Positions 27,401 to 42,400 of a stretch of DNA of 64,000 bases are shown here, one piece after another (position 1 is the stretch's first letter; each line of letters begins with the position of its first letter). Made by a program: the position numbers and the translations under genes. The stretch spans positions 2,976,001 through 3,040,000 of the forward strand of contig OZ365117.1 of the NCBI GenBank assembly GCA_977030845.1, read 5' to 3'. Below the pieces are notes generated by a model. It saw only the letters and a program-made list of their open reading frames with translations, was not told the origin of the DNA and did not search any database. Origin of the DNA: Fimbriosthenelais zetlandica. Taxonomy: Eukaryota.

Positions 27401-30400
27401 GTTGCCAGGAGACAACGCAGGAGTCCTTGAAGATCTCAGAGATGACAGGTTTCTCAGGTGGTCCAGGTGGAACTGTATATAGAAAACATGAATAAAATAA
27501 CTGTCAACTCTGGTCATTCATATATTGTTAAACGTTCAATTGAAAATCAGTCAGTCTGGATTTCTTTGTAAAGCAGATGGAGCCGATTAGAATCCAGGGG
27601 TAAATAAAGTGAAATATTGCATGAGAAGGAGCTGCAATATCTACTACATTACTACAAGGATGCAAGACAATACAAGAAATGGTGAAAAGACTACAAGAAA
27701 CTTACCAAATGGACTTTTGGTTTTGATGCTTTGTGAAAGCTCAGCTGCGTCTCCAATACCAACACTATTTTCAGCGCTGACCTGGAACACATACTCGTTG
27801 CCTTCTACCAAGCGTCCCACCTTGAACTCATTAGATCTCGTGGTACCAACTTGAGTGTAGGCATGCTTGAATGGATCTCTCTTCTCAATGACATACTGTG
27901 TGATCTTGGACCCTCCATCATGTTCAGGGGGTCCCCACTCCAGCAGTGCACTGTTCTCAGTAACTTTAGCCACCTTTAGTTTGGTTGGTGGGCTGGGTCG
28001 GCCTAACACTAGGACCTTGATGTTAAGAACAGCCTTACCAACACCATTATCTAAGGTGACAGTGTAATCTCCCGTGTCCTTCATCTCGGCACGGCCAATA
28101 CACAGGGAAGTCATGTTCCAGATCACATCTGTGACAAAACGTTTCTTGGTTGGCATGTTACCCTTGTTGAAGTGCCAGTCGACATTTGGTTGTGGGTTAG
28201 CATTGAATGGTAGTTCAATAGCCACAGATCCACCCTCCTTTAGTACGATGGTGTCCTCATACTTATCCACATTGAGGAATGAAGGAGGAGCTTCTATACC
28301 GAGCTTGGCTGATGATCGACTGTTCTTTGCCACAACTGTGTATTCACCGATGTCTTTGGCATCAATATCCTTGATGACAAGACGTAGGATCTTGCCTTCG
28401 GTTTCAATGCTGTATTTGGGACTGCGGCGCAGTGGTTGGTCATCTTTGTACCATTCTATATCTTTGACCGCCTTTGAGATCTCGGCTTCAAACTCAACGT
28501 TTGTTGGGAGTTTGGTGACCTTGGTGTCCTTCAGAGGTCTGATGAATTCTATGACCTCCTCTGTTGGAATAAATATTTGTAATTAGTAAGTGATTGTTGG
28601 CGCCTCTTTATTGGTTTAATTATGTCAAGGAAAAGGAAGAAAAATTGAATTTGTAATTGTAACATTGACTCACCATATTTGACAGGCTGGGAGGGAGATG
28701 ATGGTGGACCCACGCCAGCCTTGTTTTCAGCTGACACCCTGAACTCATACGCCAGGTCAGGTTGTAGATTCCTGGCGGTGTAATTCGTCCTGTCAACCTT
28801 CTCTCCTACATTGACCACGTGCCAGCGTATCTCACCCACTGCCTTCATTTCAATCACATAGTTGGTGATCGGGCTGCGACCATCATCCATAGGACGTACC
28901 CAGCTGAGAGCAGCTGTATTACCGTCCAGCCTAACATCTGGCTTACCAGGTTTACCTGGCTTATTGAATGGATCTTTAGCCACGAAGGTTCCTGTAGTTT
29001 CTGATGGTTTGCTACAACCCGCTTCATTCTCAGCGAGAATCCTGAACTCGTACTCGTCGCCTTCAATGAGGTCTGAGCATTTGTACATGGGTTCACGGAT
29101 TGGAGCTTTGGTGAGTCGTTGGTAGCGGGAACTGTAGGCCTGACGTCGCTCCACATAGTAGCCTGTGATGGGGGATCCACCGTCTGATTCAGGCTTATCC
29201 CACACCAGGGTTACAGTGGAGTGGGTCAGATCCTCGATGTGTAGGTGGCGGGGTGGTGAGGGCACATCTGAAATGTACAACAGGGCTTAATGCATGGCCA
29301 TGACCAACATGCTGGATAGATTTATCATACCAAACTTCAGATGAAACTGTCTCCATCCAGATCAAAAAGTTCAGGTGCAGATTAAGACCCTATCCCTATT
29401 TTTTGACGGTTAACCAAACCCTAACTTAACCCCAGGTTTTAAGCCTAGGTTTAACCCTATTCATAGGTAAAACACTAACTCTGGGGTTAGGGTTTAACCC
29501 TAACCCTAGAGTTAACCCTAACCCTAACCCGGCGCCCACTTTGGAAAAATCCTGGACCTGCCCCTGAAGTACGCAGAGTTTTGTAGAGGTAACTTACCGA
29601 ATGGCAGTTTGGCAGTGACTGGTTCATCCATATTACCGAATGGCCCAGCACCGATGGAATTCTCAGCTGCCACGCGGAACATATAGCTGCTACCCTCGTA
29701 CAGTTTAGTGGCCTTGTAGGACTTTACATCAGACCCTACTTCCCCGATCTGTGTCCACAAGGTGCGGTTAGCATCCCGCTTCTCAATGACATAACCGGTG
29801 AGACGGGATCCACCGTCAGACTCAGGCTCGTCCCAGGCGATGGTGATATAGTCCTTGTATTGTTCAATCATGTGAACATTCAGGGGAACAGTTGGCTTGT
29901 CTGAAACGAAATGGCATTTTTAAATTCATTGATGAAGTTGGACATCAGTGGCTGTTCTCAAATGGTCACAACAGGGAGGTCAAAATTCCCAGGGTTTTCC
30001 CAGGAGAGAAACACACTAGAACTACAGTCTGTTCACTCTAAGTTGATCCGAAACCACCATACATATGTACTGTGGTTTCGGATCAACTTAGAGTGAACAG
30101 ACTGTAGGGCAACAATACTTAATATTTGTCATATATGATATCTTTTCCAGGACTAGGCAGTATTGGGTTTTTCCAGTAATTAGCAGCACTGGAAACATAA
30201 TTTATCTTTACCAGAACTTTCCAGAAGGTTCTGAACCTTGCTTGATTTAAAGTCCCAGGAGAGAAACACACTAGAACGAGGGCAACCATACTTAATATTT
30301 GTCATATATGATATCTTTTCCAGGACTGGCCAATATTGGATTTTTCCAGTACTTAGCAGTACTAGAAACATAATTTATCTTTTCCAGAACTTTCCAGAAG

Positions 30401-33400
30401 GCTCTGAACCTTGCTTGATTTAAAGTAAGAACATTTACTCACCTTTGATGTCTACAGTGAAGTCAGCTGAGTCACTGCCGCACTTGTTGGTGGCCTTGAC
30501 CGTCCACCGTCCACTGTGAGCCTTGCTAACGTTGCTCACTTTAATCCGGGAGTAGTTGGCGGTTGTCTCAATGTTACAGTCACCAGTACTGCTCACTCTG
30601 CTGTCTTTATAGAACCATTCTACCGAGGGTTGAGGTTCACCATGTAGGCTGGCCTCCAGGATCAGGGTGGTGCCACCCTTGGCCTGTTGTGTGCCCTGGT
30701 ATCTTGAGTCAACCTCAATCTTGGGTGCAGCTGGAAAAATGAGTTATTTATTTAAGCAAATTTCACACATATATCTGTATTCAGAGAGGTTATGATATGA
30801 ACATGAAGCAACAGATTGCTGGAAATTACTCATTTATTAGAGACTTCTTCAATGCAGGTTGTATTCTATTGAAAGGAGTCTTAACCATCTATCTTATTAT
30901 TATATGAAAGGAAATCTAATGAATGCTATCTAACGAACGCTATCTAACGAACGCTATCTAACGAACGCTATCTAACGAACGCTAAGTAGAATACTTACTT
31001 TGTACAGTAAGTGCATTGCTGGTGTCACATCGGCCGATCTTATTGGCAGCTTCACACTTGTAAGTTGCATTATCAGAGATCTCAGTGCTGTGAATGGTGA
31101 GGGTGGCCTTGTCACCTTCGTAGCTCATGTCATACTTGGAGCTGGCATACACCTCCTTGTTACCCTTGTACCAGTGGAGGGTTGCTGGTGGTTCACCAGG
31201 ACGGATGCGACACGTCAATGTCGCGTCCTTAGGGCCAACAACTGTGAGCTCATCTAGACGGGATGTTACCTTTGGTGCTTCACCCACTGTAAGAGATATA
31301 TATAGATCAATAGAGATACGGCAAATAGATACTTCACTAAGAAATGGTTCACAGCTGCTGTATGACAGATTACAGGCCATTGTGCTGATTTAATATACTT
31401 AATGAATAAATAGGTTATTTCAGTAAAATAAGTAATTAAGTCTCATATTCCTACCTAGTGGTTTTTTTTACTGTGGAACTTAGTTTGGACAGACTGTAAC
31501 CAACAAATGGTTCCCATATGTTTTAGAGTTATTTTAGTGGTTACGATATTCTTACCTAGTGGTGCTTTGGCCTTGACTCTCTCTGTGTTAGGCCATTTTG
31601 TTCATGTAATACACTTAAGGAATGAATAAGTTACTTCAGTTTAAAGTAATTAAGACTGATTGTCTTACCTAGTGGAGCCTTTTTGTTCATTTAATACACT
31701 TAAGGAATGAATAAGTTACTTCAGTTTAAAGTAATTAAGACTGATTGTCTTACCTAGTGGAGCTTTAGCCTTGACTCTCTGTGTGTTGTCGGAACATGGT
31801 CCCTCTCCTGCCTTGTTGACAGCTGACACTCTGAACTGATACTGTAAATCGGTCATCAGCCCCTCAGCCTTGTACCCGGTCCTGGGGATGACATCAGATG
31901 AGACCCGCTTCCACCGGCTGCCTTCCATCTTAGCCTCCAGATAGTAGCCATCAATAGCACAGCCTCCATCATCATGGGGAGGTGTCCAGTTGAGCACCAT
32001 AGAGGTGTCTGTGATCTCACTCACCTGTGGTACCCCAGGAGGTCCAGGCTTGTCTACAAGTAACAGAGTAGGTTGCTTAATTCAATTCAATTCTTTATTC
32101 CAGACTAGTACATCCATATACATATAGTGAAGCAAGACAGATAAAAAACAGGTGGGGGGGGGGGGGCATATAAAGAACAGCACATTGACGGGTCTGTCAG
32201 CTTAACTTGAACAATAACTGCCTGAATTTTCATTGGAAAGAGACTGATGGAAAGTTATGATAACCCCAGAAGAGATCATATTCCTTGTGTAAAGGCGCTA
32301 TGGAAGATACAAGACATAAGACACTTACTGAATGGATCCTTGGTTGTGATAGGTTGTGATGGGAGACTAGGCTCACCCACGCCGATCTTGTTCTCAGCAC
32401 ACACTCTGAACTCATACTTGCTTCCTTCCTGAAGATCATTGAGTACAAACTCAGTAGAGGTGGCCTTCTTCTTGTGTTGGATCCAGTGGACGCCGGTACG
32501 ACGTTCGATGACGTAGCCGGTGATGGGGGAACCCCCGTCCTTCTCAGGAGGTTCCCAGGTCAGCTTTACATAGGTGGCGAATACTTCCTTCACAATTGGG
32601 ATAGATGGTGGGCCAGGCAGGGCTGTATTAGAAGAAATGAAAAAACGTTATGAGATATGCTTGAATTGTACACTTTTCAAGAACTCTTATAGCAATTAAA
32701 TCATTTCAAAGTTGTGTAGGAAGATCAGACTGGGAGAGACAAAAATGAGTATCAGGTTGATAGTCCACAGATTTCGGCCACCATTTTCGTTGCATTGTAC
32801 AATATTTCCTACTTGAGTACTTTATATACAATAATGATATGCTTGCTGCTTGCAAAATTGAGTAATAAAGTGGGAGATAGCAGTACAAGGACCTACCGAA
32901 TTGAGACTTTGGCACAACAGTGTCCTTCATCTCTACGCCTTCTCCAACACCACACTCATTCTCAGCGCTGATCTTGAAGACGTACTGGTTACCCTCGATC
33001 AGTTTAGGTACAGTGAACTCGCAGCTGGCTGACATGCCCACATTCTGCCACATACGTTTGTACCCTTCACGCTTCTCAATCACGTAATGTGTGATGGCGC
33101 TTCCACCGTCGTTATCAGGTGGTGACCAACGGAGTGTGACTGCGTTCTCTGTCAAGTCCTTCACTGTGGGGTTCTTTGGTGGACCAGGTTTGTCTAGAGA
33201 TAAGAAACAAAATCATTAGCATCAAAAGTACATGCTTTAGATGGCCTTCAAACTAATTATACATGGAAAAGTTATAAAATACTATTGCTTGAATGCTTGA
33301 TTGAATAGTGTTTAAAGTCACTTTCAACAATTTCTCAGTTATATCATGACAGTGCCTACTTGTGACAGTGAGCCCAATGGTCTTTTCACTGAGGTATCAT

Positions 33401-36400
33401 GCTATAAGTTCACTTACCAATGACCTTGACCTTGATGGTGATGGTATCTTTGCCGCTCTCATTCTCCACTGTTAGAGTATAGTTACCAGCGTCTGAACGC
33501 TTGGCTCTGCTGATGGTGAGAGCTGACATGTTATAAATGGTCTCTTCAGTAGTACGCCTGGCGTCTGGCAGTGGACCGTTGTTGTAAGCCCATTTAATCT
33601 TGGGCTGAGGGCTGCCAGTGAAGGGCACCTCAACAATGGCCGACTTGTTGGCAATGATCGTTAGACCATCCTTGTACTTGTTGTCAAGTGAAATCTTGGG
33701 TGGAGCTAGAGGAAATTAAAACAGATGGTATGTGTGAGTTTCAGAATCTAATACTGAGAATGACTTTCGAATTTGGACGGTACTTCTAAAATGTTGCAAG
33801 AGGGATGTTAGATTAAATAGCAAGAGTGAATTAAAACGGTTGGTATCTGTGAGTTTCAGAATCTAATACTGAAAATGAGTTTGAAATGTGGAAGGTCTTT
33901 ACTTCTGATTGTCACAAAAGGGATCTTAGACAAAATGGCCACTTACCGAGTACAATAAGTTTGGCTGTGGTGCTCTTGTTCTTGACTTGAGCTGAGTATT
34001 CTCCCACATCTCTGTCATCCACTTCATTAATGATGAGTTTGTGGATACAGCCGTCTGTCTTCATCGTGTACTTGTCGCTACGTTTGATGACTCTGTCACC
34101 ACGCAGCCACTCGACTGTGAAGCCCTCGTCTGAGAGTTCACACTCAAATGTCACCTGAGATGGAATGGCCGTGACCTTCTGATCGGTGAGTGGGCGGATG
34201 AAGTCAAACTTCTCCTCTGCAACAACAAGAAAGAGAAAAAATGTAGAATCATTTAGTTGAATGTTATAGAAGGAACAATGTCTTCCATTGTTTCTACATA
34301 ACCTTAGGCACTTTCTGGAGATATGAGGCATCTTCCCCCGAAAGATATGAGACATCTTTCTTCAAATATCATTGTCCAAAACTCTCTGTATTACTGTGAA
34401 AAAAATGAATCAAATAGAGGATGTGAACACTCACCAAACTTGGTTGTCTTTGAGGGATCAGAGGGAGGACCTTGTCCCACCTTGTTTTCAGCTGATACTC
34501 TGAACTCATACTCTGCGCCTTCCCTGAGACCACTGACAGTAGTGGAGGTCCTGGGAACCTTGTCTGTGGTAGCTGAGAGCCATGTGAAGTCACCTACAGC
34601 CCTCATCTCTACCGTGTAGTTAGTAATAGGACTGTTACCGTCATCATCAGGCGCTGCCCATTTCAAGGTCATCCTGTCCTTGACGTGTTCGATGACGCTT
34701 GGCACTCCTGGTTTACCTGGTTTGTCAAATGGATCCTTGGCAGTGATGTTTCCAGTCGCTTCAGATGGTTTGCCGACTCCTGCAGCATTTTCAGCACAGA
34801 CACGGAAGTCATACACATTGTGCTCGACTAGATCACGGACGTCTAGCTTGCAGGTTTTGACCGGGGTACGGTTGACCTTGATCCATCGTGACGTGTAACC
34901 TTGTTGACGCTCCACGTAGTAACCGGTAACCGGGGAGCCGCCGTCAAAGTCAGGAGCCTTCCATGTGAGGGTACAAGAAGACCGGGTGAGGTCCTCTACT
35001 TGTACCTTGCGTGGTGGTCCTGGTGGCTCTGTAAAACACATAGTGAAAAGGTTACTAATTGAGGAGAAAAGTCAATAAATGAGTTGCCTAAAAGGTAGTG
35101 TCTAAGTAAGCTCTTAATTTGGCATATTTTTGGGTCAGAAGCACTGGGCAGAGAAGAATAAAATGAAATACTAATGTGAAAAATACTTGGGGCGTTGAAC
35201 TAGGGTCCTGCCATAATAAAGCAGAATAGACTACCACCTAAACTATGCGCCCAAACCCAATGTTTATCTCAAACTTTCAACACCCTTGCTCTGCCAAATG
35301 TGTGTTTATACAGATAGGAGATCCCTCCACAAGGCACTAAGTTCTAGGTGAAAATAAACATACTAAAACACCTATAAGTATACACAATGCCACCTGGATT
35401 TAGGGCACAACCTTCAAGGTTCATTTGGGAAGTCTCTGATGTCCCTAACATTGAACAGAAGTGGGCAAAGATTATACTGCCAGAGACATTTTGTCTCTGG
35501 TAAAAAAAATGTCTTTTGGTATTTATGAACATTTCTGGTAAAAAATCAATTTGATTGAAGTATCTCAAGATTGCCAATGTGATTACGGATGCCACAATTC
35601 AAACCGCACATCAACAAAATTATTCCAGGATGCCTTTACCCAAATGAATTCTGTTCTAACGCAAAAAATATTGAGGCACAAAAATAAGTGGACGTGCGGG
35701 TTGTAAAGCAGACTGTTTACATGTTGTTTACACGTCTACCGGCTCAGTCACAGAGTGAAGTGACATGCATATGGCAGCCAGCAGGCAGACCTCCACCAAG
35801 GTTTACACATGCCTCATGGTGCACCACCCACAGCTGTAGGTGCGCAAAGGTGGGCTAGGATTACTGAGGCAAAAATGCGGCCAGCAAATTAGCTCAGATC
35901 CCGGAGAACTGGGTCAGGATTCTCCCTGTAATGCTGCCAGGCCTTGCTTACTTGAAACACAGGTATATAACGAGATCATTTACTGAATTTGGCAGCAAAT
36001 GAATCATTCCCTTTGAACCAAGGTCCAACCTTGTACTTTATGGCAACATATATGCTCAAGAACGTCTTATATATGCGGGCAAATCTGCTACATTTAGTAA
36101 TTAAATGTTAAATTAAAATCTGAGGTTTTATGACCACAGTCGAGGGGCAAAATCATGAACATGGTTTTAGATTCATGAAAGAACCACTAGGGAAGATTTA
36201 GCCGCTCTTGAACACAGGCACCAATACATTATGTAGGGACTTGTAGTTTGGCATTAAGTAGGGACCTGGTGGTTGAGAGGGCAGTGTAGGTGGAAGTATA
36301 GGGGTGTGTTAAGGGTAATAGACCATCCCACACATGTATGTTTATACCTCAGGCTGGGGTTTATTACCCTCAAGCTAAGTACAGGTATGCCATGCCTTTG

Positions 36401-39400
36401 GGCTCTTTGTACTGAAGGTAGCCCGGGGATAGTCAAGGGGCCACTTGGAAAAGGGCGCCTGTAGCCCTTGAACTGCAGTCAGGTCAACAATATGGGTACA
36501 ACTCTCTCTTTTGATGTTTTTATGACAATTTGCCATCGTTTCAAGGGATTTGATAGTTGAAATAAGATGCCCTGGCCAGGAAGATTGCTCTGCAGATGGC
36601 TCTGCAGATAATGAATGCGCCAATTTACACAAAGATAAACTGAAGAGGGTCTTATGCATCAGAGGTGCAACGACCAATTGCTTTGTGTTGAAGGTTACTG
36701 GCAAGCAAAGCCAAATTCAGTGACATTTAAGCACACTTGAGCCAGAGAAAAACACTCCTCAAGAATACTATTAAGTATACAAGCAAGAATTCTACACAGT
36801 TTTATCTATTTTTCAACAAGATAACTAAAGTAATGCAGTTCCCAGAGGACTTGTTCCATTTTTGTACGATTTCTCATCCCCTCTTCCCTTGAAACTCATC
36901 CCCACTCCCCTTAGGATAACAGGGAACCTTCCTGGATTTCTAGTTTAGATAATGTAATATGGTACCTCGATACTAAAATATTTTTCCAGGCGGCAGTTCC
37001 CGGTGATATTACTAGAAAAATATTATTAATACGTCAGTGAGAATGATATATAGGGTAAGATATAGCTCTAGTTGTATTAAGTAGCCATCAGCTACATTAG
37101 TTGGCATTCAAGTGAGATATACTCATCCATCCAACCTCTGGACTGCTCCAGGGGAGCCATGGTTGCCATGGAAACACAAGCACCTGAATATCACCACCTG
37201 GGGGGAAGGCTTGTCGCACAAACTGCCCGCATTTTAACACAGCCCCCTAGTGAGTGGATACTGCATCATAACTTCTCATTTTACACTTAATTCAAGGGAT
37301 GGTGAAAATAGCCAACGTCAAATCTAATAAAAATGAGATGACATTTTAATCATATTACTGATATAGAAGTATTACTAAACTCTCATGTAGTGCAAAAACT
37401 ATTTGCGCTCTGAGTTCTCCAAAGTGTTGTGACCAAGGTCTGAGTATATTATCGTTAACAATGTTATTAGAATCATTTTTTACATTTTCTTGGACTATAC
37501 ATCAGTTAAGGAACATTTACATTGTCAAGGATATGTTCTCAACCTCTTCCTCATGTTTTTTCAACAAAGTTTCTCATTATTTTCATAGATGTTAGGGACT
37601 ACAATTTTGTTTTGTCTAGAAGTCATAAATTCTCGGACCTATTTCTTGTCTCCCGAAGTCTTTTGAGGTAAGGGATAATAATTCTGTCAAAGTACACACT
37701 AATGCTTGTAGAGTTTTTAAAGTAGCCCCATGAACTACATTGAAAAAAACCTTTCTCAATATTTCTCTAGGCAGACCAAGACTTGCTGTTTTGTCTGCAA
37801 AACGAAATTTACGTATATTATCTCTACTCTGTTTGACTTCTCTGGTTTTTTAACAGTAAATGTTAGATTTATAGGATGGGGGATAAAAACACAACTTTTT
37901 TGTGCAACAGCCATAATTCTGTCAGTGCAAGAAAGACTTGAGGGAACCTGAAGAGGGATGTTGAGGATTAGTACTTGATGGCAATACAGACACAGTGTCA
38001 TATCATAGTGTGTTACAAGCTGAAACTAATAAACCTTACAGCTGCTTTACCTCATCCATGACTCAACCTAATGATTCAGAAGGTCACCTAATTAACAACA
38101 CCCTACATTAGTCACTCAGGTGGCCAGATTGACATTTTGTGAATCCTGCAAAACATAAAATTGTCATAACTTACTTATTTCATACTTTCCGTGAGGTTAA
38201 TTTTCACGTAATCGATTCCCTATCTGTCTTGGTTATTGGAAACATAACCAGTACAATGTCAGTAAACACTTTCCAACCAGTCCACACAAATGTCATGTTG
38301 GGCAACTCCTTCATAGGTTCAATCTTCGGAACTGTATGTCTGAACTTTGGCTGCCCTTTTTCTTTCTTTATGAACTTCGCCATGAATCACATACACATTA
38401 TAATAACTTCAAAAGGTTGTTCTGAATGAATCGGCTACACTTTTGTAACCAACAACAAAGTAACAAAGTTTCACTGGGTTATCCAAATTCTTAATCCTTG
38501 TGTTCACTTTAGGGATCGTGAGCTCTGTTCTCCCCTGTTCTCTTCCCTTGGCTATATCACAAAAGATATCCAGGCTTTGATCTCAGAACTCTTTCTGAAG
38601 TTCCAGTTCCCTTTATCTGGTAATGTCCAGCAGTTACTATCCTTACTGTTGGTTTAGTTTAGTTGTGAAGGTGTGATGTGTAGGTATGGTGTGGAGGGAG
38701 GAGTTGCTTGAGATGCTCACACTCTGAGTTCATACTTAAACAGAGCTGCTGCTCCTCCAACGGAGCAACTCACAGGTGGAGGGGGAGGGTGGGAGCAATA
38801 GGACGCGAAGGGGTTGAGACTGACTCATATCCACTACCCACAGGGCTTATAGTGCCTTCTTTTCATTTTTTGATATGAAAGTTTCATAGAATAATTCGAA
38901 AATAGAACTGAGAAACAGGATATCATGAAATTTGGGAGATTCAAAGCCAACGTTTATTTGATCTGAGGTGGAGTATGTCAAAATGTAGAAGTTAAAGTTC
39001 AAGTTGGAATCAAAGATTTCAAAACTTGAGTTGCAGGTTTGTTACTATTTATACCACAGCCAGTGGGGAGCCAATGCGAGCTATACATTACTAGTGGCGC
39101 CCCAAGTGCCCTGGGGGCACATCATGAGCGTGGCATGAGCATTACGAAGGCAGAAGTTATAGTGCCTCATCTTGCCATGGACTCCCTGAGCATTTTCACA
39201 ATTAACTCAGTGAATATTTTGCTGCACTACGATGGAAGTCTTCAGTCCAGACTTTAGCTTCAATATGTACCTGTGTCTAATGGCTTGAAAACATATGAAT
39301 TCCATTTAGGAAGCTCAGTAGACATTTTCAAGTAGCATCAATAGGGTCAGATGAAAGCAACTGACAGATTATTTCATTCAAGGAGACTCAAATTAAACCA

Positions 39401-42400
39401 TCATGTTCTCCGGCAAAGCTCAGAACTTTTGAGGCACACTGTTCTATGTTAATTCCTGATTTGTTTTAGCACAAACATTGGACACACATTTACCTAAACC
39501 TAACAAACTAATCTTTATGAACCATTTACAAAGTTCTGGCAGTTCACTTGAAGGTATTTCATCAGTACATATCTTTAGTAAAGTGGCCCAGGGTTGAGTA
39601 AGGATATGCCTGCTGAAAGACTTAATGTGTTTCACCTCTTTGAGCAAAGTTTAGTTTCTGCATGAAGTTAAGTGCGTTCTCAGGACTGTAGAGAAGTTAT
39701 GGGTGCACTGTAGCCAGAATTCTGCTGCCAGATGCTCACCCCATTCCTTCTGATACTTTTTAAAAGTTGCCCAGAGAAAGTTCAAGATAAAAAGGTCATA
39801 TCATTTTACACCTGTTGGTTGAAAACCTTTAGCCTGAGCCGACGCATTATGATGCAGGTATCAGGTACTAGGAATGGTGGGTACGCGAACAGAACTTGAT
39901 GATTTTAAGAACCAAGAGTGATCCCCAAATTCCTAGCAAGTTGGTTGGAAGAGAGTACTCAACAGATGGTCAGGGGCGCCCCCTGGAGTGAGGGATGGGA
40001 TGAGAGGGCAATCAGTGTGACCCAGGAACCCAGCTCTAAAGGGGAGGTCAAAGAGAAGAGCCATGAGCTTTTGAACTCAAGTTAAACCTTGTTAAACACT
40101 CAGCCTTGCCTTGTGGTCTCTCCACTTCACCGCTATTGACCCCTCATTTATAATGGAAGAGGCCTGCGTTTACCTTACGACTTTGTCCGTGCAATAAAGT
40201 CACAGATATGACAAGACAATTTGGGTAAACCTCCAAAACTTTTGAGCTCGTGAGCTCATTACTAATAAGTTGGACTTACGTAGGCAAAGCTTTCCTGTTC
40301 CAAAAATAATGCCATGAGCGAATGGAACTCATTAGGATTGGAAAAAACTTCAACCTTTGAGGCTAAGAAATAATTGACACCTGAAGGTGTGGAAGTAAAG
40401 TGTAGATGATGAATAGAAAGTGGAAACAGAAGTTCTGGGCAAAAAACATGAGCTGCACATGAAAACAGGAAGTGACAGCGGCCTAAGGTGTGCACTCCTC
40501 GGTACTTTTTGTTCCCAAGTGAAATTTTTGTCACCTTTACTTTTTATGTCTGTCTGAGCATATGCTCATACATCTACTGTGGCAGGAGTCTATAATATAT
40601 CTGTGATTAACAACACCTGGAGCTAAATATCGCGCTACAATCTCCAACATTTCCCTTCAGTAAAACCACTCATACCCATCCTATAATATGACTTTCATGT
40701 GTCCCAGAATGTTGTACCACAAGTTCATACTATTATTCAAAAAGTTCTGATGCAGCATCAGTCTGTAAGGTGGACCAGATTTATCTCTGTCTATGACTCA
40801 ATCTGAGTTTCAATAATACACAATGTTGAAGTTTGGACCAGACAAAAGAAATATTGACTCACCAAATGGTAGTTTAGCAGTGACGGGTTTGTCAAGTTCA
40901 GTCGGGTCGCTCGTTCCGATCTTGTTCTCGGCTGACACTCTGAACAAGTACTCACTACCTTCGAACAGCTTGGTGACTTTCATTTTCAGAGTACTGCCAT
41001 CGGTGTTCCCTGCAGTCAACCAGTTAGTCTTGGATGTGTCTTTCTTCTCAATGACATAACCAGTGATAGGAGAACCACCGTCTGATTCAGGCTCGTCCCA
41101 TGTCAGTGAGACATAGTCCTTGTAGACTTCAGTGACTCGGAGAGTGAGTGGACACGATGGGCGATCTGATAAAGAACCGAGAAGACATCATTAACATGGG
41201 TCAGATATCCCAAAACTAGAGTTAACTTTTGATAAAAAAAGATGAAATGACAAAACGGCAGGTCAGATTACTTACCAATTACAATGACGTTGATCTCGAC
41301 TTCATCCAGGCCGACTTCATTCTCAGCCTTGACCTTATAGTGGCCGCCATCTTTGCCCTTGGCGCCCTTCAAGGTCATGGTGGACTGATCAGCCGTGGTA
41401 TCTACCCGGATGTTCGACTCACGACCTAGTGGTTTGTTATTGTGGAACCAGGAAACATTAGGCACAGGGAGACCGGAGATCTTGGTAGGGATGATGATGG
41501 AAGAGCCAGCCTTGACGCTCTGACCATCAATCTTCTTGTCATAGTCAATCTTAGGAGGAGCTGAAAAGTAAAAACCCAATACTTAATCTTTTGCATATTG
41601 TTAGACATATGAAAGAGGGTCTTTTCTTGGCAAAAGTGAAGTGGAGTTACAGCCAGTTTTGGCAAGGTGACACCCCTGAGCAAGGAGTGTCCACAAGAAA
41701 GTTGGTACAAGGAGAAACACCAGTTGCGATGAGGCAAGACCACTTCATCTTTTCACCAACTTGCTCTAAACACTGTAAAAGAGATCATATAACTCACCAA
41801 GGACAGTTAGCCTGGCATCGCTCTTGATTGCCTTGACTTTGTTGTCCGCCTCACATCGGTATTTGCCTGTGTCAGCGACCTCCGTCTCCTCAATGGTGAG
41901 GGTGGCTGTATTGTCAGCATAGTCAGTGGTGTATTTACGACCAGCACTGATCTCCTTGTTGTCCTTGAACCAGCGGATCTTGGCTGGTGGCTCACCAGCA
42001 CTGAACTCACAAGTTAGAGACACCTTCTTGGGTGCTACCACCTTGGCATCCTGCATGCCCGCGATCATCTTGGGTGGTTTGCCATCTGGAAAACAATCAT
42101 GATTCATTTGAGTCAAAGAGCACAATACACTCTCCAATCTCCTATCAATTCCTGGCTATTGTCAGAGCATTTCATTCAAATCTTCTGACAGAAATAGCAC
42201 AGATATAGTCAACACCTTGACTACTGATATGGCATGAATTCACCAAATCATCTTTGAGATGTAATTGACTTACTCATTGCTATTGAGCATTTCCCTATCA
42301 GTGTTTGGTTTTATTTGGTGCACACCTTTATACAGGTGATGCAGGTACTGACTGTTACCTAACCTATGAAAACAACCACTCACCAGCTCTGTCTTCAGCC

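Noticed and set aside
36254-36704. Short ORFs suggesting a retroelement or nested gene
   Set aside because: No recognisable RT, endonuclease or other motif in any frame.
40280-40294. 15-nt candidate microexon with a GTAAGT donor (a similar 12-nt candidate lies at 2203-2214)
   Set aside because: The pyrimidine tracts are weak, and such matches are expected by chance in AT-rich introns.
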